Shown in pieces: positions 60,337 to 64,000 of a stretch of 64,000 nucleotides of DNA; position 1 is the first letter of the stretch; every line of letters begins with the position of its first letter. Position numbers and translations under genes: made by a program. A model generated the notes under the pieces. The model did not search any database, was not told the origin of the DNA, and saw only the letters and a list, made by a program, of their open reading frames with translations. The stretch is from NCBI GenBank assembly GCA_964645535.1, contig CAZYCQ010000007.1, forward strand, positions 1 through 64,000, read 5' to 3'. The DNA comes from an uncultured archaeon. Its GTDB lineage: Archaea > Asgardarchaeota > Heimdallarchaeia > Heimdallarchaeales > Kariarchaeaceae.

Positions 60337-60504
60337 ATGAGGCTGGTAACTGTACATCTCCCTAAAGAATTCCTCTATGGACTTGATGAACTGGTTCGAC
60401 TACAGAAATATCCGACAAGATCGGAGGCAATCCGGGTCGCCATCCGCGACTTATTGAAGGATGAACTCTGGAATTCGAATCTTGTCAAGTCCTCATCCGT
60501 CTAG
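60337..60504 (+). CDS. Ribbon-helix-helix regulator (CopG/CdrS-like; not in ORF track)
   Basis: MRLVTVHLPKEFLYGLDELVRLQKYPTRSEAIRVAIRDLLKDELW.., 55 aa, GGTGA SD upstream. Confidence 0.88.
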   Translation: MRLVTVHLPKEFLYGLDELVRLQKYPTRSEAIRVAIRDLLKDELWNSNLVKSSSV

Positions 60505-60723
60505 AAGTAATTTAGCTATTTCAATCACATTCTTCCCCACGTTTCCTGGTTCATCATTTGCCAAGGCTTTTAGGTAATCTTCCCATTTTATTTCTCCCAA
60601 GGCTTCCTTCCATTTTTCATATTGGTTCTTGATGTTTTCCAAGGCTGTCAAGTGACGCTTGCAGAATCCATCCTCAATGACCAATGATATACAGTCTTCA
60701 ACCTTGCAAAATTCTTCAGACAC
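60493..60723 (-). CDS. Small C3H zinc-finger protein
   Basis: CKVEDC..GFCKRH followed by a helical region (YEKWKEALG.I.WEDYL). Confidence 0.65.
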   Translation of the reverse strand: MSEEFCKVEDCISLVIEDGFCKRHLTALENIKNQYEKWKEALGEIKWEDYLKALANDEPGNVGKNVIEIAKLLLDG

Positions 60724-60856
60724 ACCTTTTCATACGAACACAGTCATTTAATGATGTTGGTCTCTTCTCCCACTTTTCCCGGAAATTCCTATTAATTTGA
60801 CACATTGGGCGATTAAACCTTTTATGTCTTGGCAAGACATTTTAGATGGTGTTTTC

Positions 60857-62470
60857 ATGAGGTTTTTCAGAAGAACACGCAATCTCAAACGAAGGATTTT
60901 CAAAAAGAAAATAGGGTATGTTCATCTTGTTCTTTCAGGAAAGATCCCTGTCTATGCAAAAAAGAAATCATTTATCGAAGGCAAAGTTTTCCCCTCTCCA
61001 CCCCTTACACTCTTGGGTCTTTATGAAACCACTCTTCGACTTGTTTCAAATCCGCGTGTAAAGGGATTGATCATTCATTTAAGCAATCTGGAGCTTGAAC
61101 GCTATGGCGATTATGAATTCCTCAGGAATCTCATGAAAATTTGGACTGAATATGGAAAAAAGGTATATGTCTATGCTTCAAACTATGATACCCTTTCCTA
61201 TTACCTTGCAAGTGCAGCTACCAAAGTTTATCTGACTCAAGGAGGGATTCTCGGCACGATTGGATTGAATCTTGAAATTCCGTTCTTGAAGGAATTTCTG
61301 GAAAAATGGGGTTTTCAAGCTCAGGTAGTTCAGATCAGCCCCTACAAATCTGCCGCAAACAATCTTTTCTATGAAGAAATGCCAAAAGAGCAGGAGAAAA
61401 TGATCAACTGGATGCTTGATTCCCTCTATGAAGGGGTTGTCCTCGGAATTTCCCAAGGTAGGAGCCGCGAAATTAATGACGTAACTTCACTTATCGACAA
61501 TTCTCCCTTGACTGACAGGGAAGCGTTAGATCAAGGATGGATTGATGGAATTCTCTCCTCCTCCGACATTCTTTCAGAAATCAAAAAGGAAGATTCTTCC
61601 GCAGTAATCACTGAATATGCAGATGCCTTGGGTAGACTTCCCATCCCCGGCAAGAAAAAGGCTCAAATTGCATTGATCCCTGCTGTAGGGGGTATTGTTG
61701 ATGGTCAAGGAAGCGATCGAGGTTTTCCCAATCCTTTCGAGGATCGATATCAAGTTGCAGATATATCTACCATCAATGCCATAAGAGCAGTCCGGAAAAA
61801 TAAAAAGAAATACAAGGCTGCTCTTCTTTTTGTGGATTCCCCAGGCGGAAGTGCAACGGCATCAGAAAACATCCTGAATGAATTGAGGCTGTTGAGCAAA
61901 GAGATGCCTCTTTATGCCTATTTCCACAGTGTTGCTGGATCGGGCGGGTACTATATCTCCATGGCCTCGAAAAAAATCTATTCTGAACGTACGACTATCA
62001 CGGCATCCATTGGGGTGCTCACTGTCAAACTGATCCGCAAGGGACTTATTGAACAACAAAAAATTAAGCCCTATGTGTTCAATAGAGGAGCACATGCTGA
62101 CCTTCAATCTCCCGAAAGACCTTGGAATGAAGAAGAGTTGAATATTGTCAAAAAACAGATTGAGAACATCTATGACATATTTCTGGATCACGTCAGCACC
62201 AACAGAGGAATCGAACGGGACAAACTTCATGAAAATGCTCAAGGAAAGGTTTTCATTGCACCCCAAGCACTTGAGAAAAACCTTCTTGACAAAATCATTC
62301 CCCTGAAAGACGCATTGGAAGAGATCGCTTCTGAAGTTGGTTCCAAAACAGCCGATTTCCATGTTTTTCCTCCAATCGGTAAGCCCATCGCCCCCTTGGA
62401 AATGCCCGATCCGAAACAGATCAACGGAAAAATCATGTTGCAGATGTTTCCTCCCTTGAAATTCAGATAA
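60857..62470 (+). CDS. sppA: Signal peptide peptidase SppA (S49, two-domain)
   Basis: YYLASAA, YKSA, VDSPGGSA.ASE, AGSGGYYIS, TASIGV, AQGKVF; start uncertain (60797/60824/60857). Confidence 0.9.
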   Translation: MRFFRRTRNLKRRIFKKKIGYVHLVLSGKIPVYAKKKSFIEGKVFPSPPLTLLGLYETTLRLVSNPRVKGLIIHLSNLELERYGDYEFLRNLMKIWTEYGKKVYVYASNYDTLSYYLASAATKVYLTQGGILGTIGLNLEIPFLKEFLEKWGFQAQVVQISPYKSAANNLFYEEMPKEQEKMINWMLDSLYEGVVLGISQGRSREINDVTSLIDNSPLTDREALDQGWIDGILSSSDILSEIKKEDSSAVITEYADALGRLPIPGKKKAQIALIPAVGGIVDGQGSDRGFPNPFEDRYQVADISTINAIRAVRKNKKKYKAALLFVDSPGGSATASENILNELRLLSKEMPLYAYFHSVAGSGGYYISMASKKIYSERTTITASIGVLTVKLIRKGLIEQQKIKPYVFNRGAHADLQSPERPWNEEELNIVKKQIENIYDIFLDHVSTNRGIERDKLHENAQGKVFIAPQALEKNLLDKIIPLKDALEEIASEVGSKTADFHVFPPIGKPIAPLEMPDPKQINGKIMLQMFPPLKFR

Positions 62471-62536
62471 ATACCCCCTCGTCCCTTATGAAACATTTTT
62501 TTTTGTGGAAAATCAAGAAACATTGAAGCCTACCCC

Positions 62537-63646
62537 ATGAGCACGACACAAGAGAAAATTCAGGAAATAGAGGAAGAACTGAGGAGAACCAAGGTCAACA
62601 AGGCCACTGAAAGTCATATTGGCCGACTCAAGGCAAAACTAGCCAAGCTCAAGAGGGAACAGCAGGAGCAGATCCTCGCCAAAAGTGGCAGGGGTGGCTC
62701 AGGATATGATATCAAAAAGAGTGGGGATAGCAGTGTCGCTCTCATTGGTCTTCCTTCCGTCGGCAAATCCACCCTATTAAGTCGACTGACCAACAAGGAA
62801 TCAAAAACTGGTCATTATGCCTTCACCACATTGGAGGCAATTCCCGGAATCATGGAATACAATGGTACACAGGTTCAGATCATTGATCTGCCCGGTATCA
62901 TTTCCGGTGCGTCAAAAGGGAAAGGACGAGGCAAGCAGGTCCTGGGGGTGGCTCGGAGCGCAGACCTGATTCTCATTGTACTGGATGTATTCGATGCGGA
63001 AAACCATATGCGTCTGATCATGGAAGAACTCTATCACTTCGGTATCAGGCTTGATCAGGAAAAACCGGATATCGAGATCGAGAAAACCAGAAGTGGTGGT
63101 ATTGCCATTGCCTCTATCAAGAAGTTAACCAAGATTGATGAAAAAACAATAAAGGCAATCATGAACGAATATAAAATCATCAACGCAAATGTCACCATCA
63201 GAACAGACATCGATGCTGACCAACTGATTGATGTTCTTGAGGGAAACCGTGTCTACATCCCCTCTGTGGTTGTTGTCAACAAAGTGGATCTAGCCACTCC
63301 TGAAATGATTGAGGATATCAAGAACAAGCTAAAGGTGGATCTCTTCATCTCCGCAGAGACCAATTACAACATGGAAGAACTCAAGAAACTCCTTTTTGAG
63401 AAGCTTGATTTGATTCGTATCTATCTGAAACCATATGGCCAACCTCCTGATTACGAGGAACCTCTCATCATGAAGGCAGGGGCTACAGTTGAGGATGTTT
63501 GTGATCGCCTCCACCGCAACCTGAAGAAAGAATTCAAATTCGCTCGTGTTTGGGGCAAATCCGCAAAGCATGCTGGTCAGAGAGTCATGCTCAACCATGT
63601 TCTCGAGGATGAGGATGTTCTCACAATCATCAAATCCCGGAATTGA
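62537..63646 (+). CDS. DRG/Rbg1-family GTPase with TGS domain
   Basis: NKATESHIG.LKAKLAKL, GLPSVGKST, YAFTT, DLPG, NKVD, VWGKSAKH.GQRV. Confidence 0.95.
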   Translation: MSTTQEKIQEIEEELRRTKVNKATESHIGRLKAKLAKLKREQQEQILAKSGRGGSGYDIKKSGDSSVALIGLPSVGKSTLLSRLTNKESKTGHYAFTTLEAIPGIMEYNGTQVQIIDLPGIISGASKGKGRGKQVLGVARSADLILIVLDVFDAENHMRLIMEELYHFGIRLDQEKPDIEIEKTRSGGIAIASIKKLTKIDEKTIKAIMNEYKIINANVTIRTDIDADQLIDVLEGNRVYIPSVVVVNKVDLATPEMIEDIKNKLKVDLFISAETNYNMEELKKLLFEKLDLIRIYLKPYGQPPDYEEPLIMKAGATVEDVCDRLHRNLKKEFKFARVWGKSAKHAGQRVMLNHVLEDEDVLTIIKSRN

Positions 63647-63704
63647 AAAAACTGATCCCTCTTACTAAAACATATATTTAATGCTTCAATCATAGCTATA
63701 ATTA

Positions 63705-64000
63705 ATGGCCACAATACTCAAGAAAATCGTGATCCTCGGAACAACCGGAAGTGGAAAGACCACTTTCTTGCGCAATATCGCTGGACAGGTGGATGATGCC
63801 GAGGTGACACGACGAGTGGTCATCGAAGAGGCACAAGTCCTCAACACTTTTACTGCCATTGACAAAGATCTATTCAAAGATTCCACCACTACCGTCGCCA
63901 TGAACGTCCGAAATGTTCTCTTCGCCACCACCATGTCGAATCAGTTCCGTTTCTTCTCAATATCCCAAAACGCCAATCCTGAGGATTGGGATGAACTTGA
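63705..64000 (+). CDS. Small GTPase (MglA/Arf-Rab-like), runs off window end; not in ORF track
   Basis: MATILKKIVILGTTGSGKTTFL (G1) and STTTVAMN (G2-like); no stop before 64000. Confidence 0.8.
   Translation, partial: MATILKKIVILGTTGSGKTTFLRNIAGQVDDAEVTRRVVIEEAQVLNTFTAIDKDLFKDSTTTVAMNVRNVLFATTMSNQFRFFSISQNANPEDWDEL

Noticed and set aside
1-64000. CRISPR array, rRNA, intact integrase/transposase, reverse transcriptase or DGR
   Set aside because: No repeat-spacer periodicity, rRNA-like stretch, or recognisable recombinase, DDE or RT motifs were found by eye.

Overview
Gene-dense archaeal chromosome segment. Archaeal markers are NAC, eS25, a tRNA splicing endonuclease subunit, A-ATPase H/F and BRE+TATA promoters. 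An Asgard (Heimdallarchaeia-like) origin is inferred from a membrane protein with a longin/roadblock-like tail, an MglA-like small GTPase and large CTERM-anchored Ig-like surface proteins. Housekeeping genes include coaBC, panE, trpBA, a PPi-type Pfk, an acyl-CoA dehydrogenase, SerK, SppA and a DRG GTPase. Two intronless tRNAs are present: CAU anticodon (probably Ile2) at 23446-23519 and Val-UAC at 41242-41316. An accessory island of about 8 kb follows the first tRNA. Best leads: (1) a translationally coupled four-gene operon encoding a Rv0958/chelatase-like AAA+ ATPase, a vWA protein, an unknown HxxGH protein and a HEAT-repeat protein, with a zinc-finger/HEAT gene and a divergent RHH regulator upstream; (2) an island cassette of a secreted, apparently propeptide-less S8 protease plus three divergent paralogous membrane-anchored small proteins, a possible effector/immunity or protease/inhibitor system; (3) local strand-composition inversions centred on both tRNA genes that do not follow gene orientation, resembling a replication-origin signature; (4) a two-state RNA structure in the leader of an MFS gene. 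All calls come from reading motifs by eye; no searches were run.
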